A DNA stretch of 48,601 nucleotides from Bacteroidota bacterium (GTDB lineage Bacteria > Bacteroidota > Ignavibacteria > Kapaibacteriales > UBA961). Both the position numbers and the translations under genes were made by a program. Position 1 is the stretch's first letter; each line of letters opens with the position of its first letter. The stretch covers positions 1 to 48,601 of the forward strand of contig JBPOHH010000515.1 of NCBI GenBank assembly GCA_052035765.1. The letters run 5' to 3'. This document shows, one piece after another, positions 27,553 to 35,286 of this stretch. The notes under the pieces were generated by a model. The model ran no database searches. It saw nothing but the letters and a program-made list of their open reading frames with translations, and was not told where the DNA came from.

Positions 27553-28265
27553 CGATTGTCCGAACATTCTACCAATCTTTTCAGGAGTTACTCGCGCCTC
27601 GACATTGCGAGGCGTGCGGAGAGGCGCATACTTCCCCTTCGCGCTCAACCGGACTGGTATTTCTCTGTGATACATGCTATGCTTCACTCAAAGCTCCACC
27701 GAGGGAAGCTGAACTGCAGCAACGTTTATTGAGGCATTTTAGCCAGGATGAACTGTCGATTTCCAATTTTTTTTCGTTGATGGCTGTACCGGGCACTTCA
27801 CCGATGCTTGACCTCATCCATTCGTTGAAGTATCGCGGTATGTCTACTATAGGATATGAGTTAGGGAAAGAACTCGGCATGAGCATGTATCATCTGCAGT
27901 TTCTCGATTTTGAAATGATTGTTCCCATTCCAATCCATTCAGCCAGAAAAAGAGAGCGGGGATACAATCAAGCCGAAGAGATTGCCAAAGGTATCGCAGA
28001 AATACTGCACATCACTCTTGGCGATCACATTATCAAGCGGTCGGTTTATACTCGCACACAGACTGAAATGAACGCACGTGAGCGCAAAGAAAATGTAGCC
28101 GGTGTATTTGTTTCTGATATAAACACAGCAATTATTCACAACAAAAAACTACTGCTCGTCGATGATGTGCTGACGACCGGCTCGACATTGAATTCCTGTG
28201 CTTCGTCACTTCTCGAGCTCGGTGCACGGCAGGTCAACATTGCGACTTTAGCGGTTGCTGAATAA
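27549..28265 (+). CDS. comF: ComF family protein (phosphoribosyltransferase domain)
   Basis: 238 aa. N-terminal Cys pairs CEACG...CDTCY. RERGYNQAEEIA. PRTase loop LLLVDDVLTTGSTL. Its ATG overlaps the kynA stop (ATGA at 27549..27552). Confidence 0.88.
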   Translation: MTIVRTFYQSFQELLAPRHCEACGEAHTSPSRSTGLVFLCDTCYASLKAPPREAELQQRLLRHFSQDELSISNFFSLMAVPGTSPMLDLIHSLKYRGMSTIGYELGKELGMSMYHLQFLDFEMIVPIPIHSARKRERGYNQAEEIAKGIAEILHITLGDHIIKRSVYTRTQTEMNARERKENVAGVFVSDINTAIIHNKKLLLVDDVLTTGSTLNSCASSLLELGARQVNIATLAVAE

Positions 28266-28295
28266 TAAATGTTTGGATAATTGCCGCAAGTGGCG

Positions 28296-28303
28296 TATTT
28301 TTG
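28296..28303 (+). promoter_or_regulatory. Candidate FCB-type -7 box TATTTTTG upstream of rpmB
   Basis: Fits TAnnTTTG and ends 52 nt upstream of ATG 28356. Confidence 0.3.
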
Positions 28304-28355
28304 CGATTGTACAATCAAATAATACTCGAATATTTCAATACAAAAGGGACATACA

Positions 28356-28577
28356 ATGTCGAAAAAATGTGAATTAACAGGCACAACGGTTCAATATGGA
28401 AATAATGTTTCACATGCGAATAATCGTACACGCCGCCGCTGGTTGCCCAACCTTCAGAAAAAACGTATCTGGGTAGTAGAAGATCAGAAATGGATTACCG
28501 TAAAAGCTACAGCCAATGCTCTGAGAACATTGGATAAAAAAGGATACAAAGCAATGATGAAAGAGCTTCACGGTTAA
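28356..28577 (+). CDS. rpmB: 50S ribosomal protein L28
   Basis: 73 aa. [39 protein letters not shown] is the L28 signature. Confidence 0.95.
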   Translation: MSKKCELTGTTVQYGNNVSHANNRTRRRWLPNLQKKRIWVVEDQKWITVKATANALRTLDKKGYKAMMKELHG

Positions 28578-28604
28578 ATCGTAACGAAAATCAATTTCAA
28601 AATG

Positions 28605-28638
28605 AAAGCCCCACAGAATGATGGGGCTTTTTATTTTT
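28605..28638 (+). terminator. Rho-independent terminator of rpmB
   Basis: 9-bp perfect stem aaagcccca (28605-28613) / tggggcttt (28622-28630) with an 8-nt loop, followed by TTATTTTTG. Confidence 0.85.
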
Positions 28639-28709
28639 GTATTCTCACCATGAAATAGTAATTTTAAGGAAAATATTCGGCAGAATGAGTTTTTCAATTA
28701 TTACGAACA

Positions 28710-30347
28710 ATGCGTATCTCTTCAACTACTAGAACGTTATTCCAATTCATAGGCGTTTGGCTACTCGGAATTGCATTCTATGGATGCTCTTCACCGACAC
28801 CGACACGCCGCATAGTCACTCCAAAGCAATTTTCATTTCAGCCGGACTCTTCTATTGCCGCTAAGCGTGCCAAAGATTTCATGATACGGGGTTCTGTACT
28901 CCAAATGCAAGAGCTCTATGCCGAGGCAATTCTGGAGTTTCAGCTTGCTCTACGCTACGATTCATCAGAGGCTATTCTCTATGCGATAGCCAAAAACTAC
29001 GCACAGCTCAATAAAAATGATTTGGCTCTGGAATACGGACGGGCTGCTCAACGCAAGGATTCTTCCTCTATTCCGATACTCGAGCTCCTGGCTGACGTCC
29101 TCGAGCGCCTCGATGAAACCGATGAGGTAGTCGACATCTACGAAACTCTCGTCACTCTCGAACCAAGTAACCTTGAGTATACATTTGCACTCGCACAGCT
29201 CTACCAATATCGAGATCCGCAGCGGTCGATCAATCTGTACCAGCAAATTCTCCGGGTGGAAGATGATGAAGCGACAATGTGGTTTTTGGCTCAAGTCTAT
29301 AGAAAAAATAGAGACTACGACAATTACACAAAAACACTCGAACGCTTGTATTCAATCAATTCTGATATTCGGGTTGCTAATGTACTCATGCAAGGATATA
29401 TCAATCACGGGTTATTTACCAAAGGGATTGAGCTCCTCGACAGACTCGAATTCTCTGCTCAGGATGATGAATATTACGAACTTCATTCTTCCTTGACGGA
29501 AGCACTGAATGAGCAGAGTGATTCCCTACTCGTTCATTGTACTTCCCTACCGGCTTCACTGCAGCGAATGTCTACCCGACCATGTGAAGAATGGACGTTT
29601 TATTTTGCAAATGCCACGCTCGCATATCGATTGAAAGATACCGCACTCTCCGAATCAATGTTCAGAAAAGCGCTTGCTTATGCAGACTCCACATCCGAGC
29701 TGCCGATACGAATCGGAGGATTCTACATGCAATATTCTAACTTTACCGCTGCCATTCGGCTGTTACAAACCACCGCCCATCTATACCCGTCAGAATTAAG
29801 AATTCCCCTTTTTCTCGGCATTGCTTATTCGAACTTGAATCTACACCAGGAAGCGATACCGCACCTCCGGAACGTACTGCAGATAGACTCTCTGAATTTT
29901 GATGCCTGGACACAGCTGGGCATTGCCTACGACCATCTGCATTATTCGGACAGCTCGGACAGCGCGTATGAACATGCCCTGCAAATCAATGCCACTAGCC
30001 CGCTTGTCAATAACAATTATGCCTATTCTCTTTCCGTTCGGCAGACCAAGCTTCCGCAAGCATTGACAATGGCACAGAAAGCAGTACAGGCTCAGCCGCA
30101 CAATCCTTCGTATTTAGATACATTTGCATGGGTACATTTTCAGCTTGGCGATTATAGTACAGCTGTGGAATATCTTGAAAAAGCAGTGAATACAAGTGAA
30201 CCCAGCGCCACGATACTCGAGCATCTAGGCGATACCTATTCGAAGCTGGGCAATGAATTGAAGGCAATTGAAGCCTACTCCAACGCTCTGAAAAAATCCC
30301 CCGATCGTACGTCAATTAAAGAACGTCTGCGGAAGCTGAGCAAATAA
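28710..30347 (+). CDS. TPR-repeat lipoprotein
   Basis: 545 aa. Lipobox LLGIAFYGCSS. Multiple 34-residue TPR-like units (...AILEFQLALRYDS..., ...AWTQLGIAYDHL..., ...AVEYLEKAVNTSE..., ...AIEAYSNALKKSP...). Confidence 0.8.
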   Translation: MRISSTTRTLFQFIGVWLLGIAFYGCSSPTPTRRIVTPKQFSFQPDSSIAAKRAKDFMIRGSVLQMQELYAEAILEFQLALRYDSSEAILYAIAKNYAQLNKNDLALEYGRAAQRKDSSSIPILELLADVLERLDETDEVVDIYETLVTLEPSNLEYTFALAQLYQYRDPQRSINLYQQILRVEDDEATMWFLAQVYRKNRDYDNYTKTLERLYSINSDIRVANVLMQGYINHGLFTKGIELLDRLEFSAQDDEYYELHSSLTEALNEQSDSLLVHCTSLPASLQRMSTRPCEEWTFYFANATLAYRLKDTALSESMFRKALAYADSTSELPIRIGGFYMQYSNFTAAIRLLQTTAHLYPSELRIPLFLGIAYSNLNLHQEAIPHLRNVLQIDSLNFDAWTQLGIAYDHLHYSDSSDSAYEHALQINATSPLVNNNYAYSLSVRQTKLPQALTMAQKAVQAQPHNPSYLDTFAWVHFQLGDYSTAVEYLEKAVNTSEPSATILEHLGDTYSKLGNELKAIEAYSNALKKSPDRTSIKERLRKLSK

Positions 30348-30351
30348 ATAG

Positions 30352-30359
30352 TAATTTTG
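30352..30359 (+). promoter_or_regulatory. Candidate FCB-type -7 box TAATTTTG upstream of motA
   Basis: Fits TAnnTTTG. It starts 5 nt after the TPR gene stop and ends 36 nt upstream of ATG 30396. Confidence 0.35.
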
Positions 30360-30395
30360 AATAATATTCAATTTTTATAGATAAAAGGTAACCTT

Positions 30396-31247
30396 ATGTT
30401 TGTTATTATCGGAATTGTGGTGGTATTCGGCAGCATTGTTGTCGGATATACAATGCACCACGGTGATATGATGATTCTTGTGCAAATTAATGAGTTTATT
30501 ATTATTGGCGGCGCAGCCATCGGCTCGATGCTTATTGCAAACCCACTGTCACTGACAATGGGTGTATTCAAGGGTATTATCGGTACACTTAAAGGTTCAC
30601 CAATCAACAAAAATTCCTACCTCGAGCTCCTACAACTTCTCTACGAAATCTTTCAATTTGCCAAACGTGAAGGTCTTATCGCATTAGAGCCTCATATTGA
30701 GACACCCGAGGCGAGCTCGATATTTTCTAAATATCCATCTTTCCTCAAGAATCATCATGCCGTTGATTTTATGTGTGATACATTGAAAATTGTTCTCAGC
30801 GGCGGTATCCCGGCACATGACTTAGAAGAATTAATGGACATCGACATCGAGACGCTTCATACCTCTGAGCTTCAGGCACCGACCGCCCTCAATACCGTCG
30901 GTGATGCGTTTCCGGGATTGGGTATCGTCGCGGCGGTTCTCGGTGTGATTATTACGATGGGCATTATCGACCAACCACCTGAAATTATTGGTCATAGTGT
31001 GGCAGCTGCTCTCGTGGGAACATTCTTTGGTATTTTGATGAGCTATGGTCTTGTCGGACCGCTTGCCAAAAACATGGAACACATGGTGAATGCCGAAGGA
31101 AGATATATGAATTCTATTAAAGCAGCGCTCCTCGCCTTTGCAAAAGGCACTCCTGCTGCTGTCGCCGTCGAGTATGCTCGCCGATCTATTGCACCGGAAG
31201 AACGCCCGACCTTCAAAGAAGCGGAAGATGCTACGAAGAAGAAGTAA
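30396..31247 (+). CDS. motA: Flagellar motor stator protein MotA
   Basis: 283 aa. It is collinear with E. coli MotA as I recall it: two N-terminal TM segments, a cytoplasmic loop, then AFPGLGIVAAVLGVIITMG ... ALVGTFFGILMSYGLVGPLA ... AVEYARRSIAPEERPTF. Confidence 0.9.
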   Translation: MFVIIGIVVVFGSIVVGYTMHHGDMMILVQINEFIIIGGAAIGSMLIANPLSLTMGVFKGIIGTLKGSPINKNSYLELLQLLYEIFQFAKREGLIALEPHIETPEASSIFSKYPSFLKNHHAVDFMCDTLKIVLSGGIPAHDLEELMDIDIETLHTSELQAPTALNTVGDAFPGLGIVAAVLGVIITMGIIDQPPEIIGHSVAAALVGTFFGILMSYGLVGPLAKNMEHMVNAEGRYMNSIKAALLAFAKGTPAAVAVEYARRSIAPEERPTFKEAEDATKKK

Positions 31248-31306
31248 TTCTCGCCTGAAATTATTCTTAAGTATTCGATTACTATACTACTACAGCAGGT
31301 AACAGA

Positions 31307-32191
31307 ATGTCAGACATGCATCCGGAACAACCGATTATTATCAAGAAAAAGAAGAAACATGCAGCACATGGTCATCATGGCGGTGCATGGAAAGTAGCGT
31401 ATGCCGATTTCGTGACGGCTATGATGGCGTTCTTCTTAGTTATGTGGATTGTCGGCTTGAGTCAATCATCCAAAAAGTCAATGGCGCAGTATTTTAAAGA
31501 ACCCGGGGTGTTTAGCTTTAAAACCGGAAAAGCTCTTCCCGTGGATTTGAAAATGATACGCGCACGGTATGACGGTACCAAAGGTGAAAACAGCCGCGAT
31601 AACTATACCGAATCCAATGCCGCATCCGTGACCGTCATCGAAAGCAAAGTGTCCGATTCAGCTGCTAAGCAAATCATGGTAGAATCAAAACAGGACAGTT
31701 CAAGAATATCCCAGCTCGAACAGAATCTGACCAACCAACTCAAGAATTTATCCGAAGGTTCCCCAAGTCTGAAGAAATTACTGAGTTCGCTCAATGTCGA
31801 GCTGACCAACGAAGGATTACGCATCGAAATGGTCGAGTCGAAGGATAATGTCTTCTTCGAAGTCGGCAGTGCGAAGCTGACCAAAGAAGCCTATGGTGTG
31901 CTCAACAAACTGGCCACCGAGATTGGTAAAATTCCTAACTATGTTGAAATTGAAGGTCATACTGATAGCAGACCATTTGGCAACGGGCGCGGATATTCTA
32001 ATTGGGAGCTTTCGGGTGAACGCGCAAACTCCGCTCGAAGAGTATTGGAATTAGGCGGATTATGGGAAGGACAAATCGTCAGTGTTGCCGGCTATGCCGA
32101 TCGAAAGCTACGGTCTACCGAGAATCCTTTCGATGTATCTAATCGCAGAGTATCTATTTTAGTAAAATTCCAGCATCCCAAAAACTCATAA
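31307..32191 (+). CDS. motB: Flagellar motor stator protein MotB (OmpA-like peptidoglycan-binding C-terminus)
   Basis: 294 aa. WKVAYADFVTAMMAFFLVMWIV contains the conserved channel Asp. The C-terminal OmpA-like region reads IEGHTDSRPF...SNWELSGERANSARRVL...NRRVSILV. Confidence 0.9.
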   Translation: MSDMHPEQPIIIKKKKKHAAHGHHGGAWKVAYADFVTAMMAFFLVMWIVGLSQSSKKSMAQYFKEPGVFSFKTGKALPVDLKMIRARYDGTKGENSRDNYTESNAASVTVIESKVSDSAAKQIMVESKQDSSRISQLEQNLTNQLKNLSEGSPSLKKLLSSLNVELTNEGLRIEMVESKDNVFFEVGSAKLTKEAYGVLNKLATEIGKIPNYVEIEGHTDSRPFGNGRGYSNWELSGERANSARRVLELGGLWEGQIVSVAGYADRKLRSTENPFDVSNRRVSILVKFQHPKNS

Positions 32192-32250
32192 TTTGTGGTA
32201 TTCAATACTGGTAATATGCTTACAACTTTCATACGTACAACGGAGATAGT

Positions 32251-33438
32251 ATGTTATCGTTTTTATTAGTTGACGAAAATTCAGTCGTTACCTCCTTACA
32301 GTCGATTATTTCGAGGGTGTTTCCTGAAGCGCCTATTTATACGGCTGCCGGAGGAACAGAAGCGTGGATGCAAATACAGGCGCATGCACCGGCAGTTATT
32401 ATTTCCGAGCTCCAGCTGCCCGGAATGAGCGGTATCGATCTCTGCAAGCGTATCAGAGCGAGTGAACGCTTTAAAGACATGTATGTCATGATCTTTACCA
32501 CCGGTACGAATAAAGACCAACGAATTGAAATTCTCGAAAACGGGGCAGATGAATATTTAAGCAAACCTTTTGTCGTTGATGAACTTACGACCAAGCTCCG
32601 CGCTGCGGTGCGTATCGTGCAGCTTCATCAACTGCTCTTTGCAGAGCACACCAAACTCAAGGCACTATCCGAGCAAATCGAGCGTGACTTCGACGAAATG
32701 GTTCACCTGACAATCGGTTTTCTTCAATCCCGTTTCGCTCAGACCATACCGCTGCTCGCCCGCGTTACCAAGATTTCACTCTGGATTGCAAGTCAGTTTT
32801 CGGAGATCACCGATCATGAGCGTAAAGAACTCGAATATGCCTCACAGCTATGCTATGTCGGTAAATTGTTTTTGCCCGATTCGTTAATGTACCAGCCAAT
32901 CAGTATCGACGGTAAGCCGGCACATGAGCTTATGGCGCAGGTTCCCCATTCTGCCAAAATGATATTATCCTCTGTCAAACGCTTTGAAAATATCGGCGAT
33001 ATTCTCCATCGATTGTATGAGAACTTCGACGGCACAGGTTTCCCAGAGCGGCAGCAATCCTGGCAAATTCCTCTTTCAGCTCGAATTCTACGTGTAGCTC
33101 TCGATTTTGAAGAAATTCGCGAGCGCACCCGTAAATCGCCCCAAGACACATTAGCCCTGATTCAACGGGATGCAAAACGTCTCTATGATCACCGTATAGT
33201 GTTGCTTCTCTCCGAATACATCTCCCGTCAGTCCGGTTCACTCGCACATTCTGCGAGCAGACCCGTTCAGTTTCAGGATTTACGCGACGGTATGATTCTC
33301 GCACGGGACGTTTATACAAATTCAGGTCTCAAGCTTTTGCCTGCTGATGCAGTGCTTTCTGCACGAACAATTGAACGAATTTTGACTCATGCCGCAACGG
33401 ATCCGATAATCGGAAATATTTATGTAAAAATGTCCTGA
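32251..33438 (+). CDS. Response-regulator-like protein: pseudo-receiver (Glu at the acceptor position) plus a degenerate HD-GYP domain
   Basis: 395 aa. REC fold with T (MIFTTG) and K (YLSKPF) retained, but the acceptor position reads VIISELQLPGMSG (E53, codon 32407..32409). In the HD-GYP-like domain, HD is replaced by CY (QLCYVGK, 32851..32856), the H-x-x-RV His is lost (PLLARV), and HHE.xDGsGYP reads LYENFDGTGFP. Confidence 0.8.
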   Translation: MLSFLLVDENSVVTSLQSIISRVFPEAPIYTAAGGTEAWMQIQAHAPAVIISELQLPGMSGIDLCKRIRASERFKDMYVMIFTTGTNKDQRIEILENGADEYLSKPFVVDELTTKLRAAVRIVQLHQLLFAEHTKLKALSEQIERDFDEMVHLTIGFLQSRFAQTIPLLARVTKISLWIASQFSEITDHERKELEYASQLCYVGKLFLPDSLMYQPISIDGKPAHELMAQVPHSAKMILSSVKRFENIGDILHRLYENFDGTGFPERQQSWQIPLSARILRVALDFEEIRERTRKSPQDTLALIQRDAKRLYDHRIVLLLSEYISRQSGSLAHSASRPVQFQDLRDGMILARDVYTNSGLKLLPADAVLSARTIERILTHAATDPIIGNIYVKMS

Positions 33439-33549
33439 TAAAACGGATTCCTTCCTCATTCTCTCCTCCGCGAATTGTACCCTGAATTTCACCTTTCAGC
33501 AGGTATGCCGGAAGATTATTTAAACTTGTATAACTTTTGCATGTACTCT

Positions 33550-34638
33550 ATGAAATCTATTGCAGTAATTATGGCCGGCGGACTCGGTGCACGCCTGTGG
33601 CCAAGAAGCTCAGAACGCCATCCCAAGCAATTTATTCACCTCATCGGCGAAGGCACGATGATTCAAAATACCGTCGCGCGGCTTGCTCCTCTTTTTGCTT
33701 ATGATGACATCTATATCGTTGCTCCTCAGTCACTTGCACAAATGATACGCCAGCAGCTTCCGGCAATTCCGGCTACTAATATCATCCTTGAACCCTTCGG
33801 CAGAAATACCGCCCCCTGCTTGGCTCTTGCTGCCTACGTGCTGTCGGAGCGTCTTTCACCCGATACCGTGATTACCGCTCTTCCATCCGATCATGTGGTG
33901 CATAATGTCCGTGAGTTTCAGCAAAATATCGAGCTGACGCAACAGGCAGCCGCAGAACTCAAGGGTTTTGTGACCCTTGGCGTAAAGCCTACCCGCCCGG
34001 AAACAGGGTACGGCTATGTACAGCAGAGCGATAATCACAAAAAAGTGGGTGCTTTCTTTGATCAGGGGATTCGAAAAGTATATACATTTGCAGAAAAGCC
34101 TGATGTGGCTACTGCCCAACGATTTTGCGATGCCGGTGATTTTTTATGGAATACCGGTATATTTTCAAGTACACTTGGCACTTTCTTTGCGGCGTTTGAA
34201 TCATGCCTGCCGGATCATGCGGCACTTTTTAAGTTCATTCAATTGAATTACGGCAAAGATTCCTACCTGCAGGCATTACAGGACATGTATCAACAAATGC
34301 GTTCTGTTTCAATCGATTACGGCGTTATGGAGAAGGCACAGAATGTCTATGTACTCGAAGGTTCATTCGGTTGGAGTGATGTAGGCACCTGGGATGAGAT
34401 ATACCGACTTTCGATGAAAGATGCCAAAAACAATGTCATTGAAGGTGATGTAATTGCCCTCGATACATCGAATTGCCTTATCAGTTCATCGCAGAAATTT
34501 ATTGGTGTAGTCGGAATTAACGATATCATCGTCGTCGATTCTGAAAATGCACTCGTCATCTGTAAACGCGGAGAATCGCAAAAAGTGAAAGAACTCGTTG
34601 ATTATATGCGCCGTAAACAAATTAATCGACATTTATGA
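33550..34638 (+). CDS. Mannose-1-phosphate guanylyltransferase (nucleotidyltransferase only, no PMI domain)
   Basis: The track ORF (TTG 33475) is trimmed to ATG 33550. MKSIAVIMAGGLGARLWPRS is the G-x-G-x-R-L NTP-transferase motif. GYGYV, FAEKPD, WNTGIF, SIDYGVMEK and WSDVGTW are typical of ManC/GMP. Confidence 0.85.
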   Translation: MKSIAVIMAGGLGARLWPRSSERHPKQFIHLIGEGTMIQNTVARLAPLFAYDDIYIVAPQSLAQMIRQQLPAIPATNIILEPFGRNTAPCLALAAYVLSERLSPDTVITALPSDHVVHNVREFQQNIELTQQAAAELKGFVTLGVKPTRPETGYGYVQQSDNHKKVGAFFDQGIRKVYTFAEKPDVATAQRFCDAGDFLWNTGIFSSTLGTFFAAFESCLPDHAALFKFIQLNYGKDSYLQALQDMYQQMRSVSIDYGVMEKAQNVYVLEGSFGWSDVGTWDEIYRLSMKDAKNNVIEGDVIALDTSNCLISSSQKFIGVVGINDIIVVDSENALVICKRGESQKVKELVDYMRRKQINRHL

Positions 34639-34647
34639 TGAATTCGT

Positions 34648-35136
34648 ATGAAATCACAGGTTGTAATTTTGGCTCTAAGTGCTCTATTTGTAGTAGGATG
34701 TAGTTCTTCGACAAGATTCTCCTCCTCGCTTGCCTCCGGTCAGCTCGGTCAGTATACACGCGGGCTGAACCATACTCGGACGAATGCATATATCTCTCGC
34801 ATGACCGATAACGACAAGAATACACCCACTACCGATAGTATACCATCTTCGTTTCGCGGATTGGCATCTTATTATGGCAATGAATTCAACGGCAGGATGA
34901 CTTCGAGCGGCGAACTCTATGACCAAAATAGATTTACAGCAGCCCATCGCACCCTTCCCTTCGGTACTTTTCTTCTGGTGACGAATCTAAAAAACAATAC
35001 CAGTGTCGTAGTACGAATTAATGACCGCGGACCATTTAAGATGGAGCGTGTACTCGACCTTTCACAGGCTGCAGCCGAAGAACTCGATATGCTGCGAGAT
35101 GGTGTACTCGAAGTGGCAGTTCATGTCATAGAGTAA
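34648..35136 (+). CDS. rlpA: Septal ring lytic transglycosylase RlpA-family lipoprotein (DPBB domain)
   Basis: 162 aa. Lipobox LFVVGCSS. GLASYYGNEFNGRMTSSGELYDQNRFTAAHRTLPFGTFLLVTNLKNNTSVVVRINDRGPF. Confidence 0.88.
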   Translation: MKSQVVILALSALFVVGCSSSTRFSSSLASGQLGQYTRGLNHTRTNAYISRMTDNDKNTPTTDSIPSSFRGLASYYGNEFNGRMTSSGELYDQNRFTAAHRTLPFGTFLLVTNLKNNTSVVVRINDRGPFKMERVLDLSQAAAEELDMLRDGVLEVAVHVIE

Positions 35137-35286
35137 CCCGCTTCCCTCCTTCTCCCCCCACATTTCATGCACTCCTTTCCCTACGGTGATCATCATTTTC
35201 CGGTAATCAGCGCTTGAAATGCAAGTTTTGTACCGTCAATCGCATGAAATTCAATATATTCGCTGTAAATGTAATCTCACTTCACA

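Noticed and set aside
30357-30376. AT-only hairpin ttgaa-taata-ttcaa followed by T5, possibly a terminator between the TPR gene and motA.
   Set aside because: The stem is 5-7 A/T pairs with negligible predicted stability, and it overlaps the candidate motA -7 box. It is too weak to call.
30396-32191. motAB as a Zorya-like (ZorAB) anti-phage module or a TolQR/ExbBD-type system.
   Set aside because: MotA is 283 aa and collinear with flagellar MotA, and it lacks the long C-terminal tail of ZorA. MotB has a standard OmpA-like domain. No ZorC/D-like, TonB- or TolA-like genes are adjacent.
35162-35250. 9-bp inverted repeat atttcatgc / gcatgaaat separated by 71 nt, upstream of the BNR/T9SS gene.
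   Set aside because: It is only marginally unexpected for a 150-bp spacer. The long loop has no supporting sub-structure and there is no adjacent U-tract. That is not enough for an RNA element or operator call.
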